A stretch of DNA of 64,000 nt from an uncultured Acidobacteriota bacterium (GTDB lineage Bacteria; Acidobacteriota; UBA6911; RPQK01; JAPXNP01), in the NCBI GenBank assembly GCA_963777605.1, contig CAVZRV010000028.1, positions 177,412 to 241,411 of the forward strand, given 5' to 3'. How positions within the stretch are numbered: position 1 is the first letter of the stretch; each line of letters starts with the position of its first letter. Of this stretch, positions 50,986 through 62,436 are shown piece after piece. The notes under the pieces were generated by a model. It was not told where the DNA came from. It did no database searches and saw nothing but the letters and a program-made list of their open reading frames with translations. The position numbers and the translations under genes are program-made.

Positions 50986-52612
50986 ACCTCAGAACTGGCT
51001 TCGGGATGGCGACCTGGATCGGGATCTTCCAGCGTTCAGGCTGACTTGGTGTAAATGGGGCGTACGTGATCTCGTTGGACTGCGTGTTCTGTTCGACTCC
51101 GATCGCAGAAACTCCGAAGGCACAATCGAGTTTGGCAGACCCGATAAACGACTGCCCGGCGGGCAAATCACCTGGAAAGGCCTCATCGAGGAATTTGGCA
51201 ATCTGCTCATTCGGTTGGAGGGTGACTTCAAAGGTGTTCACCAGCATTCCCCCGTTGCCGTCGTAGAGACTCAGAACACACGCGTTTGGGTACGGGCCCG
51301 GGTTGGACCAGGAGAATGCGTGTCGAAGGTCGGAACGCTGCTGGACTGGCGAGGTCCAACTTCGTGAAGTCGTCGATGGGGTGAGTGCCACTGTGGGCAG
51401 GTTGCCGATCTTCCAGGAGCCCAGCACATTGAAGGAACCGGTAGCTGAGAAACTCGTCAAGGCCGGCTCAATGGCAGTGGACTGAGAGTGAATTTCCTTC
51501 GTCTCCATTGCCCCCATCTCGATCGTTCGCTCCTCGAGAATCTCCCCCTGAGGGTCATAGACGGAGACATGAACCGAGAGTGGTTCTTTATCCCAATTCG
51601 AAACCCGGTAGGATGATGCACCGGGTGGAGATTGCGGGGCGAACTGCTGATTTGCGAGATTGAGTGTGCTGTAGGAGAGCTTCTCCATGGCGTTCCCAAG
51701 GACGTAACCCTGACCCGTCTGCGGGTCGAGAAGGTAGCCCAAAATCTCCGAGAAATCCTGGACCTTGAGCTCTGCAAAAGTCGAAATCGGACACGTTGTG
51801 TTGGATTCATCCAGTGAGACTCCTGAAAACGCCTGCTTCCAAGCGACAACCGCACGCGCGAATCCGTATGCGGATGCCGCAACTGCGCTCGAGGCCTGAT
51901 CCCAAGACCGGCCAATCGACTCGACATTACAATCGTGGGTGATCGGATCGTAGGCGGCCAACCTCAGCCTTCGGGCGCTTTGCTCGACAGTGGGCCACCA
52001 GGAGACGAACCCGTCTCGGTTCCCGAGTCGAAACGCAGCCGAGTTCGCACCGTACTCGGGACTCTGGGAAGGAGGAGGTGTGATCTGGTCGAGCGCCGAG
52101 ACCGTGATGTCTTTTGTCGCCCAGTCCATGGTGATGGCATCCAGGGTGTCGGCACTCGATTCAGCGAACACCGTCAGGCGGTTGCTCAGGCTGTTGTAAC
52201 TCAGCCGGGGGCGAACTCCTCCGGTGGGCCGGCTGAGATACTGTCCGGTCAGGTTCAGATCGAGTTCGTTGAACGAAGCGGACAGCCGCAGCCCGTCTGT
52301 CGTCCCGTGGAAGAGCCGGAGCCCCAGAGTTGACGAATTGTAGCCAAGTACCCAGATGTCCTGGTCGTGACTCGTCATATCGCAATCGGTGTAGCCGCTG
52401 CCGGGCAGCGTCAGAAAATCGAGCCAGGTGCCTCCGAAGGCAATGTGCCCCACATTGAGGTTGGCCCCTTCTACTACGGAAAGGAAGTATCCGAGTTGAG
52501 ACCCCGTCGTTGAGGCGGCCAGAGCGGTAAAGGATGAGTTGACAGCCAGGTTCGACACTGCGTCGGGCGTCACGTCGACCAGGTCTAGTCCGGAGCCAGC
52601 TGTCGACGCCAC
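50984..52612 (-). CDS. Hypothetical Ser/Thr-rich extracellular-type protein, probably 5'-truncated
   Basis: 542-aa ORF; two related C-terminal beta-rich units (V.N....V..YD..G; W.NP.....L.LYD.NG...TL.P..Q.A.F..E.F); no signal peptide or clear RBS. Confidence 0.6.
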   Translation of the reverse strand: MASTAGSGLDLVDVTPDAVSNLAVNSSFTALAASTTGSQLGYFLSVVEGANLNVGHIAFGGTWLDFLTLPGSGYTDCDMTSHDQDIWVLGYNSSTLGLRLFHGTTDGLRLSASFNELDLNLTGQYLSRPTGGVRPRLSYNSLSNRLTVFAESSADTLDAITMDWATKDITVSALDQITPPPSQSPEYGANSAAFRLGNRDGFVSWWPTVEQSARRLRLAAYDPITHDCNVESIGRSWDQASSAVAASAYGFARAVVAWKQAFSGVSLDESNTTCPISTFAELKVQDFSEILGYLLDPQTGQGYVLGNAMEKLSYSTLNLANQQFAPQSPPGASSYRVSNWDKEPLSVHVSVYDPQGEILEERTIEMGAMETKEIHSQSTAIEPALTSFSATGSFNVLGSWKIGNLPTVALTPSTTSRSWTSPVQQRSDLRHAFSWSNPGPYPNACVLSLYDGNGGMLVNTFEVTLQPNEQIAKFLDEAFPGDLPAGQSFIGSAKLDCAFGVSAIGVEQNTQSNEITYAPFTPSQPERWKIPIQVAIPKPVLR

Positions 52613-52746
52613 GAGGGCGACCGCCTCGACCGGATTGCGCCCAACCGGGAGGGCACTGATTGCACTGCGCTCCAGGAGGGAACTTATGAGTCTTGTAGTT
52701 CATGAGGGCAGGCGAGCAAGTATTCCCGATTGGGCGCGCCGTTCAG

Positions 52747-52777
52747 TTGACTTGCATTTTATTCGTTAGTATCCTAA
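52747..52777 (+). promoter_or_regulatory. sigma70 promoter overlapped by a MarR/SlyA-type operator
   Basis: TTGACT-17 nt-TATCCT; palindrome TTAG-TATC-CTAA at 52766-52777. Confidence 0.7.
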
Positions 52778-52785
52778 TTATTGTC

Positions 52786-53226
52786 ATGCTAAGTACAGAG
52801 TTTAACCCGAGAGACAGCATCGGCTTTCAGTGCTCCTTGACTTTCCGGGCTTTCACTTCGGCATTGGAACGAAAACTGAAAGGCACGGGTGTCAGCCGCG
52901 GGCAGTTCGTGGCGCTCGCCCATCTCATCGGGCTGGGACCCATGACCCAGTCGGAGCTGGCGTCGAAACTCGGAATTGCGGCCGCATCCATAGTGCGACT
53001 GGTCGATCGAATGGAGCGGGACGGCTGGGTGAAACGAGGTCCAGCTTCCGGGGACCGACGCGTAAAGGTGGTCTCGCCGACCGAAAAAGCTCTGGAGATT
53101 TGGGGGCAACTCTCAAGACATGCCCGAAGCCTTCTCGAAGAAGCGTACCGGGGATTGCCGCCGGACGAAATTGAATCGGCGATTCGAACGCTGACCCAAA
53201 TCCGCCGGAATCTGGGGGTGAAATGA
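52786..53226 (+). CDS. MarR family transcriptional regulator
   Basis: TQSELA..LGI..ASIVRLVDRME.DGWV.R....DRR.K. Confidence 0.92.
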   Translation: MLSTEFNPRDSIGFQCSLTFRAFTSALERKLKGTGVSRGQFVALAHLIGLGPMTQSELASKLGIAAASIVRLVDRMERDGWVKRGPASGDRRVKVVSPTEKALEIWGQLSRHARSLLEEAYRGLPPDEIESAIRTLTQIRRNLGVK

Positions 53227-53277
53227 TTCCGGGAACCGAAGGTGAAGAGAAGCTTTGCGATTCATGAGGTGACCACA

Positions 53278-54450
53278 ATGGCACAGAACTCCGAGCAATC
53301 AGATCATTTCGCCCACGGAGACGGTGGGCAGCCGCCGGCTCCGGATCAAGAGCCGACCCGCCGCCATCGTCTCGCCCTACTGATTCGCGTGGCGCTGTCC
53401 GTTGCAACGATCGTGATCCTGATGCTCTGGATTCTCGGGGCATTCCGCCACGGAGTGATCCAGGCCGAGGTACGGCCGATTCCAGGAGAACCTCATGTCA
53501 ATCTCCCTACCGAAACGATCAGCTTGCGGACTTATCCGGTGAGCACTGAAGCGGTCGGGACGGTTCAGCCCGAAAAGATTGCTTCAGTAAGCGCCCGGCT
53601 GGTTGCAAATATCGTCGAAATACGCGTTTCGGCGGGGCAACGAGTCAGCAGCGGAGATGTCCTGGTCGTGTTGGACGATCGGGATCTTCAGCATCGGGTC
53701 GAGCAGGCTCAGGATGCCGTCCGGAGTGCGCAGGCGACTCTTGCCCAAGCCCAGTCCGACTACAGCCGGGACAAGCCGCTCTTCGAACAACAAGTGATCA
53801 CACCGTACGATTTCGAGCGCACCCAGACCAATATGAGGACTGCGGAAGCCAACCTCCACCGGCTTGAAGAGATGGAGAACGAAGCCCGGGTTAACCTGTC
53901 TTACTCCGTCATTCACAGCCCCTTCACAGGTGTCGTGGTGGACAAACTGGCCGACGTCGGAGATCTGGCAACGCCAGGCAAGCCACTCGTCAGGATGTAT
54001 CAGCAGGGACGACTGTGGCTCGAGGCGGCGATTCCCGAAGAGCAGGTGGGACGCATCCACGTCAATGACACTCTGACCCTGCAGATCGATGCCCAAAATC
54101 GGCAGCTGAAGGGGCCCGTGGTTGAGGTGGTTCCCTCGGCCGATCCCTCGACCCGGACGGTCCTTGTTCGGGTCCGCCTGAGCCAAACCGGAGATCTACT
54201 TCCCGGGATGTTCGGGCGCCTGCTGATTCCGGCCAAGTCAGAAGAACTCGTGACTGTGCCGAAATCGGCACTGATCCGTGCCGGTCAACTCACGATGGTG
54301 GAAGTGGTTCGTGACGGACACATTGAGCGGCGTACCGTCGAAATCGGTCGCACACTGGAGAACCGCTGCGAGGTCCTCAGCGGGCTTAAGGTTGGGGAGT
54401 CGGTGGTTCTTGAACCGGTTCCTCCCTCCTATTCAGCAGGAAAGAGTTGA
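53278..54450 (+). CDS. RND efflux periplasmic adaptor (MFP)
   Basis: TM anchor; G..V..GD.L..LD, I.SPF.G.V, P.ADP.TRT and LLPGMFGR. Confidence 0.92.
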   Translation: MAQNSEQSDHFAHGDGGQPPAPDQEPTRRHRLALLIRVALSVATIVILMLWILGAFRHGVIQAEVRPIPGEPHVNLPTETISLRTYPVSTEAVGTVQPEKIASVSARLVANIVEIRVSAGQRVSSGDVLVVLDDRDLQHRVEQAQDAVRSAQATLAQAQSDYSRDKPLFEQQVITPYDFERTQTNMRTAEANLHRLEEMENEARVNLSYSVIHSPFTGVVVDKLADVGDLATPGKPLVRMYQQGRLWLEAAIPEEQVGRIHVNDTLTLQIDAQNRQLKGPVVEVVPSADPSTRTVLVRVRLSQTGDLLPGMFGRLLIPAKSEELVTVPKSALIRAGQLTMVEVVRDGHIERRTVEIGRTLENRCEVLSGLKVGESVVLEPVPPSYSAGKS

Positions 54451-54452
54451 CC

Positions 54453-57400
54453 ATGAGCGAACCTCGCGAATCTTTCACCATCGCGATTGTCCGCAGGTTC
54501 CTGGAGTCGAACCTTTCGATCGTGTTCATAGTCGTTTCACTTGTCGCCGGCGTAGCGGCTTTGCTGATTACCCCGCGAGAAGAAGAACCGCAGATCATCG
54601 TGGCCGCCGCCAACGTGATGGTCTCATTCCCAGGTCACTCAGCGCAGGATGTGGAGCAACTCGTTTCGACCCCACTGGAAAAGATGATGTTTCAGATTCC
54701 CGGCGTTGAATACGTCTATTCACGTTCAATGCCCGGACAGAGCATTGTCACGGTACGGTTCTACGTTGGACAGCCGCTGGAGACGAGCTACGTCAAAATC
54801 GTCCGGAAGCTCAACGAGAACCTGGACCGGGTCACGCCCGGGTGTGGCAGGATGGGTGGTCAAGCCGATCGATGTCGATGACGTCCCGATCGTCACGCTG
54901 ACGCTCACAAGCGGTGTCCGGGACGACTATCAGCTCCGGCGCATGGCGGACGAACTCGTCGATCGTCTGCAGGGAGTCGATAACGTAGGAGCTGCCTACG
55001 TCGTGGGCGGCCGCCCGCGCGAGCTTCTGGTTCGCCCGTCTGCCGCCCGCATGGCCGCCTACCGAATATCGGCGCTGGACCTGGGCCGTGCCATTCAGGG
55101 ATTCAATGCCAGTGTTCTGGCGGGTTCCTTCGACCGCTACGACAAAGATGTGCGGGTACAGGCGGGCCGGTTTATTACCGATGCCCGAGACCTCGAAAAC
55201 CTGGTCGTAGGTACATGGAACGGCCGCCCCGTTTACCTGGGGAATGTCGCCGAGGTCAAGGACGGCCCCGGTGAGTTCCTGGATTACGTGCGGTTTCACC
55301 GTGGGTCCGCTTGGGATCACCCAAAGGAGGACGGTGCTGCGGGCAGCCTGATCGGTGGCTCCGGCTCCTTTGCCGCTCGAGGGTCACAACCGGCCGTCAC
55401 CGTGGCTTTGGCCAAGAAGCACGGCGCGAATAATGTGTGGGTTTCCGAGGACTTGCTCGCGCGGGTGCTCGAACTGAAGAAGGCGATCCTGCCAGCCGAT
55501 GTGCAGGTGGTCGTGACCCGAAACTACGGCGTGACGGCCGACGATAAGGTTAAGGAACTGGAGGCGGGCCTGTGGGTCGCCATCGTCGTGGTAATGGCGC
55601 TGCTCGCCATCGGGCTCGGCTATCGTCAGGCGCTCGTGGTTGCGATTGTGATTCCTTGCGTTTTCGGACTCACCCTGGCGGTCAACTATCTGCTCGGATT
55701 CTCGGTCAACCGAGTCACCCTGTTCGCTCTGACGGTGGCCCTTGGCCTTCTTGTGGACGATCCCATTGTCGATGTCGAGAACATCCATCGACACTTCAAG
55801 ATGCGCGGACGGGCTACGGTAGACGTCGTACTCGAAGCAGTCAATGAAGTCCGACCCCCGCTCATCGCCGCAACCTTTGCCGTAATCCTGTCGTTTCTTC
55901 CCTTGCTCTTCGTCACCGAGATGATGGGCCAATATCTGCGACCCATGGCCGCCAATGTCCCGGTAACCATGATCATGTCGCTGCTGGTTTCGTTCACGAT
56001 CACGCCCTGGCTGGCTTACAAGGTGCTGCGTGGCCAAGCGGGTTCCGGAGCCGAGGGTTCCCAGGATGCTGAATCCTTCTCTGGCCCGAGGCGGTTGTTC
56101 AACGTGACTCTTCGGCCGCTGATCAGGCGGAGGGGCATAGGCCGGCTTTTTCTGATCCTTGTGATGGTGCTCTTTGTGGGTAGCGTCATGCTCGTTTTGA
56201 CGCGGCGCGTGCGGGTCAAGCAACTTCCCTACGACAACAAGGACGAAATTCTGCTCGTACTCGACATGCCGGTTGGCACGACGCTGGAACGAACCGACGC
56301 GGCTGCACGCGACTTTGAGCGTTATCTTGATTCGGTCCCGGAGGTCACGGACTTTGAAGCGTACGTTGGGACTGCGTCACCCGTCGATTTCAACGGAATG
56401 ATGCGGCAGTACTTCCTCCGCCATGCTCCGAATCGGGCTGGTATCCGAATCAACCTGATCCACAAAACGGAACGGGCGGCCGCGAGCCATTCCATCGCGC
56501 TACGAATTCGTGGCGATCTCACCGCCATCGCCGAACGGGACGGAGTCAAGCTGAAGATCGTTGAACTCCCGGCCGGCCCTCCGACCAAGTCTACAGTTGT
56601 TGCCACTGTTTACGGCGGCCCGACCCAAACCTACGAGGATCTCATCAAGGCTGCATCCTTCGTCGAGGACCGTCTTCGACGGGAGCCCGGCGTGGTCGAT
56701 GTCGACGACAGTGTCGATGAAGACCAGACGAAATACGTTTTCGAGGTGGACCGGCAGAAAGCAGCATTGAACGGTATAACCGTGGACGAGATATCGCGTA
56801 CGCTTAAATTGGCGCTCGGCGGACAGGCTGTCGGCGCCGCCCAAATCCCCTTCGAGCGTGCCCCGGTTCGAATCGTGCTGTGGTTTCCGCGCGCCGAGCG
56901 TTCAAGCAGAATTGACCTGGCGCGGATTTACGTGAAGGGCACGGGCGCAAGACCGGTGCCCCTGTCGGAGTTGGGCTCGTGGCGCACGACGATCGAGGAC
57001 AAAACGATCTATCACCGGCAACTCGAGCGCGTGGTTTACGTGCTTGGGGAAATGGCCGGACGGCCTCCGGTAGAAACCATACTCGACATCCGGGCCGACC
57101 AGGTGCACGGGCGGACCCAGGGCTTTGTGGAGACATCGGCGGGGCCCCGGCCCTTAGACGGGCGGACGATGTTTCACCAGGGCGGCGGCATCCCCTGGGG
57201 GGTACCGAGCGGAATCGACGTCAGGTGGTGGGATGAGGGCGAAATGTACATCACTCTCCACCTGTTTCGCGATCTTGCGATTGCGATGTTGGTGGCTCTG
57301 CTTGCCATTTACATCATTCTGATGAACCAGACCGGATCCTACCGATTGCCGCTGACCATCATGAGGGCCATTCCGCTGATGGTCATCGGAGTAATGCCGG

Positions 57401-57852
57401 GCTTTTGGCTCCTGAACCAGTTCGGTCAACGCTCGATCGGCGGGTTCATGAACCCTGTTTTCTTCTCCGGCCCCGCATTTATCGGGATGATTGCCCTGGC
57501 GGGAATCGTGACCCGGAACTCGATCATTATCGTGGACTTCATCCACCTGGGCCTGGTACGAGGCCTGTCGCTCGAAGAGGCGATACTGGAAAGTGTTTCG
57601 GTTCGACTGCGCCCGATCCTGCTCACCTCCGGCGCCGCCGTACTCGGCGCCCTTCCCATCACCCAGGATACGGTGTTCGGCGGGATGGCATGGTCCCTCA
57701 TCTTCGGGCTCATCGTTTCCACGCTGTTCTCGTTGTTCGTGATTCCAGTGACCTACAACGTTGTTTATGCGAGAAAACCCGATCACGGTCTACCCGAGCA
57801 CATTCGAAGGAAGCTCGCCGCCGGCTTGCGACAGGAGCCGGCTGCATCGTGA
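54453..57852 (+). CDS. AcrB/AcrD/AcrF family RND transporter (frameshift ~54840)
   Basis: PREEEPQI in ORF 54447; GLLVDDPIVDVENI, IG.IALAGIV.RNSII and RLRPILLT in ORF 54706. Confidence 0.92.
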
Positions 57853-57883
57853 GCCGGGATTGTAAATAGGACGAGAAAACGCA

Positions 57884-59284
57884 ATGGCACGCTTACTGAG
57901 ACTCTCCATCGCGGTCGCGCTCTGTTCCTTTCAGATGGTGGCAGCGCAGCAACCCGAAACTCGCGGAATGACGCTGCCACAGGTCGTGGGTTATGCACTC
58001 GAGCACTCTCCCGATCTGCAGTCCGCTCAGGCGGAGGTCCGGCGTCGGGAAGGAGAGGTCACCGTCGCTCATGCCGGTCTCAGACCGCAAGTGGACCTGT
58101 CGGCCGACGCGGCCCAGTCGCGGTTCGAGCATGGCTATCCTGCCGGCACACCCCCGACACTGATGCGCTTCGACCAGACCCTCTACACCGCTGCCGCCGA
58201 CCTGAAATTTCTGGTCTGGGACTTTCACGCCACGGAACTCGAACTCGAATCGGCGCGCGAACGCGTGGCCGCCGCAAGTGCCACGGTGGAACGTCGTCGT
58301 CAGGAAATCATCTTCGCAGCCGCTCGGCTCTTTCTACAGTCCCAAACCTATTCGGACCTGATCGGAGCCGCCGAATCCAGGAGGAAAAGCCTGCAGGCGC
58401 TACTCGAACGGACCAATCGGCTCATCGAGGGCGGACGAGCCGTGCCCGTTGACGCTCTAAAGATCCGGACCCGGCTCGCACAACTGGAAAGCGACCTGGC
58501 CACGCTGCGCTCCGGTCAAAGAACTTCGCTGAGTGCCCTGGCCGAGGTGATGGGATTTGAAGACGGCGTGCCGATGCTGGTCTACGCTCCGGCTACCCCT
58601 CAGCCGTCGGCGGAAAACCGGCCCGAAGACGAATTACTTCGCGACGCGGAGTCCACCAGGCCGGAACTTGCCGCACAGGATCACACGATCCGGGCCGGCG
58701 AACGAGCCGAAGAATCGGCCCATAGGTCCGCTCTTCCTCGGATCGGATTGAAGGCGGCCTTGATCCAGTACGGTTCCCTCACGCCAGTCGGGTTCCCCGA
58801 GTTGATCGGGAGGCTGTCGCCGGCCTTCCCCGCAAATGCCCCTTCCCCGGGCAATCCTGCTACCGACTGGAGCATCGGAATCCATCTTTCGGTTCCCCTT
58901 TTCGACGGCGGCAGGCGCAAGGGGCAGATCGAGACTGCAGCAGCGCAGTTGGAGGCGGCGCGGTTGGAGCGCCACCGCCTTGAACTGAAAATCGCCCGCG
59001 AGGTGCGAACGGCAATCGCGAATCTCGAAAGTGCCGAAAGCCGCGTGCGGGCAATGCGCGACACGATCGCCCAAAGTGAGCGGGTGCTCCACGACGAGCA
59101 GTTGAAATTTGAGGCGGGAAGGTCCGTGATCGACTTCGTGCTTGACGCCGAGTCGGCGTTACTCACCAATCAATCGCTTCTGTCACAGGCTCAGAGGTCT
59201 GTCGCACTCGCGAATCTGGCCCTTGATCTGAGCACCGGGCAAATCGACGCCGCACGATTGACCGGCCTCGACGAGGCCGACTAA
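57884..59284 (+). CDS. TolC family outer membrane efflux protein
   Basis: Signal peptide; two OEP repeats, LSVPLFDGG, FEAG....D.LDAE. Confidence 0.9.
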   Translation: MARLLRLSIAVALCSFQMVAAQQPETRGMTLPQVVGYALEHSPDLQSAQAEVRRREGEVTVAHAGLRPQVDLSADAAQSRFEHGYPAGTPPTLMRFDQTLYTAAADLKFLVWDFHATELELESARERVAAASATVERRRQEIIFAAARLFLQSQTYSDLIGAAESRRKSLQALLERTNRLIEGGRAVPVDALKIRTRLAQLESDLATLRSGQRTSLSALAEVMGFEDGVPMLVYAPATPQPSAENRPEDELLRDAESTRPELAAQDHTIRAGERAEESAHRSALPRIGLKAALIQYGSLTPVGFPELIGRLSPAFPANAPSPGNPATDWSIGIHLSVPLFDGGRRKGQIETAAAQLEAARLERHRLELKIAREVRTAIANLESAESRVRAMRDTIAQSERVLHDEQLKFEAGRSVIDFVLDAESALLTNQSLLSQAQRSVALANLALDLSTGQIDAARLTGLDEAD

Positions 59285-59319
59285 GATGGCAACCCGGCCG
59301 ACGGATCGAACTCCGCTTA

Positions 59320-61545
59320 TCAGTTGAACCAGTAGGACACCTTCATCACCAGACCCCGGTTCTTGTTCTGAAAATCTGTGGGATCCGAGTTGTCGGTGTA
59401 CACGATGAAGAGATCCGACACCGGGGCGAAGCGCCACTGCAACCGGATGTTCATGTTGAGGTTGTTAATCTGGTTGTTGTACTGAACATAGGTGGTGAGA
59501 AAAAGATTGTCGGTGAAGGTGAGGTCCAGCCTCGGCCCGATCAGGACCAGGTTTGGACTGTTGTACGGGTAGGGCAGCCGTATCCTGTCGAAAGAGCCGG
59601 CCAGGGCAAGGTTGCTGTACGGTTGCACGCGCCAGTACATCAATCCGTTCACGTTCCAGCGCGTACCGTTGTAATAGCCCCCGTAGTGGGTCCCGATCTG
59701 GTAATTGACCAGTTTCCGGGAGTCGGTCTGGAAGCTGACCCCGCCATCCCGATAGTCGAAGTCGGCACCGCTGTCGAGTTTGACCCCCCCAGTATTGGTC
59801 GGATCAAACGGTTCCTTGAGCCTGACGTAAGTGTCCCGCAGATCGACCGAGAGAGAATTCCGGTTCTGCCACTCCACCGAGTATCCCAGTTTGACCTGGC
59901 GGTCGGTCAAATCGAAGTCGGTATCTCGAAACATGTCGAAAGAGAGGCTGGGACCATGGCTGATCAGGTGTTCCGAATTGGGAAGGAACCGGTACTGGAA
60001 AATGGGACGGATCTCGTAATAGCCCCTCCGTCTTACGTATCCGACTTCGGCGTCGTAATCCTCACCCACCCTCGTCTGGCCCAGCGAAACAGAGGTGGAG
60101 CGGGTTGCGTAGGTGAGGGTCGCGGCGGCTGCGGACGTGTCCCCTGAAGCCCCCGGAACGAACGCCTGGTGATAAAACGCCTTGCCGGTCCAATGGTTGT
60201 CGGCGCTCAAGAGATTGTATTCAAATCCCATCACCCGGTTGTAGCGTGAATCCTGATACGAGTCGTCGACGCCCGTCGCCTGCTTGTTCACCATGAAGAC
60301 TGAGATATTGGAACGCTGGAGGAGTTTCCTCTGCAGGACGCCGACGGAGAAGTTGGTCGCGGGACCCCCGTTCTGCGACGCCACCTGCATGTCCATAATC
60401 CCGATCCGCCAGTTGTCGGTCAGATTCCCGCTCAACCTTGCACCCCCGTCGACCCTCCGATCCAGGCCGATGCGACGGGAAAAGAAAGGACGCACGTTGG
60501 CTTCTCCGAGGTCCGCGAACAGATCGCTGTTTTCGAGAAAGAACCGCCGTTTTTCAGGGAAGAAGAGCTCGAAGCGATCGAGGTTGGTCTGCTGCGTATC
60601 GACATCGACTTGCGAGTAGTCGGGATTCACAGTCAGATCCAGGTTCATGGAGGTGGACAGGATGACCTTTGCATCCATTCCACCCGTGCCCTTGCTGCTG
60701 CTTGTTTGGGCTTCGTTATCCTCGGTCATCTTGGCGGACAGGTAAGGAATCAGTGAATACCGGATTCCGGCCTTGCCCAGCGGTTCGTCCCAGATCAAAG
60801 TGCCGGCATAACCGAGGTTGGCAGTCTGAATATTGCGCGGCATCGGAGCCCAGCTCGACTTCTCGTTCGTTTTCAAGTCCAGGCGGTTGAAGTTGATGCC
60901 CCACTCTCCCGCGCCTTCGTTATAGCGCATGCTGCGAAACGGGATGGCGAACTCCGCCGTCCAGCGGTCCTCGTAGTTTCGGACGGCGGATTTCCATTTG
61001 ATATCCCAGTTCAGGTTCACGAACCCACCGTTCGCCTGCGACCCGTCCCACTGCGCGCCGGCTGCTGAAACGCCGAAAGCGAAACCGTTCGTCAGATCAT
61101 TGTACGTATCAATGAAGACGATGAAATTGTCGTTCTTCCCGAAGGAGAAGTCTCTGCGGAGCGATTCAACGGGCCGCTTGCCCGGCGTGGGGTCAAAGCA
61201 GATGACCCCGACGTAAAGATTGCTGTTGTCGTAGGTCAACATGACTTCGGTCTTTGCCTGGGGGAATCCCGTGTCGGTCGGCGTGACCAACTGAAAGTTC
61301 TCGGCCTTCTCTGCTGCCTTCCAGACTGCCTCCTGCAGCAGGCCATCGATCGTGATGGGCTGGTCGGTCTCCTTGATGTGAACTCGGTACTTTTGGCGGT
61401 TGACGCCCCGCGTCTGCCCGACCAGGCTCCCGAATGAGGACATCAGGCACGCAACGACGAGGACTACTAAGCAACCACGGGGAAAAGGCCTGCCGCCGCT
61501 TGAGGCAAGAATGAGGAGAACCTGGTGCTTGACTGCTACGATCAT
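59320..61545 (-). CDS. DUF5916 family protein with an N-terminal CBM9-like domain (predicted outer membrane)
   Basis: IDG.L.E.VW, WTAEFAIPF.S.RY, LTVNPDYSQV, FFPEKR.FFLE, FFSRRIG; ends KVSYWFN. Confidence 0.85.
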   Translation of the reverse strand: MIVAVKHQVLLILASSGGRPFPRGCLVVLVVACLMSSFGSLVGQTRGVNRQKYRVHIKETDQPITIDGLLQEAVWKAAEKAENFQLVTPTDTGFPQAKTEVMLTYDNSNLYVGVICFDPTPGKRPVESLRRDFSFGKNDNFIVFIDTYNDLTNGFAFGVSAAGAQWDGSQANGGFVNLNWDIKWKSAVRNYEDRWTAEFAIPFRSMRYNEGAGEWGINFNRLDLKTNEKSSWAPMPRNIQTANLGYAGTLIWDEPLGKAGIRYSLIPYLSAKMTEDNEAQTSSSKGTGGMDAKVILSTSMNLDLTVNPDYSQVDVDTQQTNLDRFELFFPEKRRFFLENSDLFADLGEANVRPFFSRRIGLDRRVDGGARLSGNLTDNWRIGIMDMQVASQNGGPATNFSVGVLQRKLLQRSNISVFMVNKQATGVDDSYQDSRYNRVMGFEYNLLSADNHWTGKAFYHQAFVPGASGDTSAAAATLTYATRSTSVSLGQTRVGEDYDAEVGYVRRRGYYEIRPIFQYRFLPNSEHLISHGPSLSFDMFRDTDFDLTDRQVKLGYSVEWQNRNSLSVDLRDTYVRLKEPFDPTNTGGVKLDSGADFDYRDGGVSFQTDSRKLVNYQIGTHYGGYYNGTRWNVNGLMYWRVQPYSNLALAGSFDRIRLPYPYNSPNLVLIGPRLDLTFTDNLFLTTYVQYNNQINNLNMNIRLQWRFAPVSDLFIVYTDNSDPTDFQNKNRGLVMKVSYWFN

Positions 61546-62436
61546 CTTGAATTGCCTCGCTCCTCGAGCGTAGGGGAGCCGCGACTATAACATGACCTGA
61601 ATCCTCGTATCGGAGCGTTGGGAGATATCTCAAACCACAAGGCAGCCCAAGAGATCGATAACTTCAGTTGGCTTAATGCTCAGCTGCGCGACACTTCCTA
61701 TCGGTCGGACATGAGTTTATACAGCCCGCTGATGCCTCACGGCGACCGCCCCAAAACTCGAGGTCAGGATGGTTCGCTACCCCTTTCCCGTAGGACTCTT
61801 TCATTCCCTGCTACATGCCGGTTTATCCCGGCGCACCCACAGTCTGGGCACAAACGGGGGAAAGTGCAATCTTCAAAGGGCGAAGTGCGAACTGGGGGTT
61901 TCAGCCGGAAGGGCCCGTCGGACGGGAGCTTTGGGCTTATGCCCGGGACGGAAATCGAGTCGGTCGTTCGAACCACTCGTGAATCGAGGCCCTGAATGAT
62001 GAAATCGAATCCACTGCCCACATCACCGTCCAGGTAAAGCGGCATCGCCACACCAGGTGTCGAAAAAACTCCGGTAGCACGGATGCAAGGGGCCGGGGAG
62101 TGATGTAGACGGTTCGTACAGCCAAGCGAGTCAGGCTCAGGAGTGTTTGAAGTTCTTGCCCCCTCCTTCCGGAAAGGAACCGTGTGCCACCTGGGCCACG
62201 CGCCGGCGGAAAGAAGGAGCACAAAGCATGACCCGAAAATGGTTGCTTCCTTTGATTGTCACTGGTGTCGTTACAAGGATCATTCCAGCTTGATATCAAG
62301 ATCGAATCACCGGACCGATGCCCGGCTCCCGCGGAAACGTCGTTTGCCTCCAAGGCGAAGGAGAGAGTACTGTGTCCTTACTGGAGATCCTAATCGGAGA
62401 TTCTGCTTCTTTAAATCGGGGTAACAGGAGGTAGCG

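Noticed and set aside
61600-62420. ORFs or ncRNA in the 0.8-kb gap before the SPFH gene
   Set aside because: No recognisable protein motif, repeat or RNA family signature; cannot be supported without a search.
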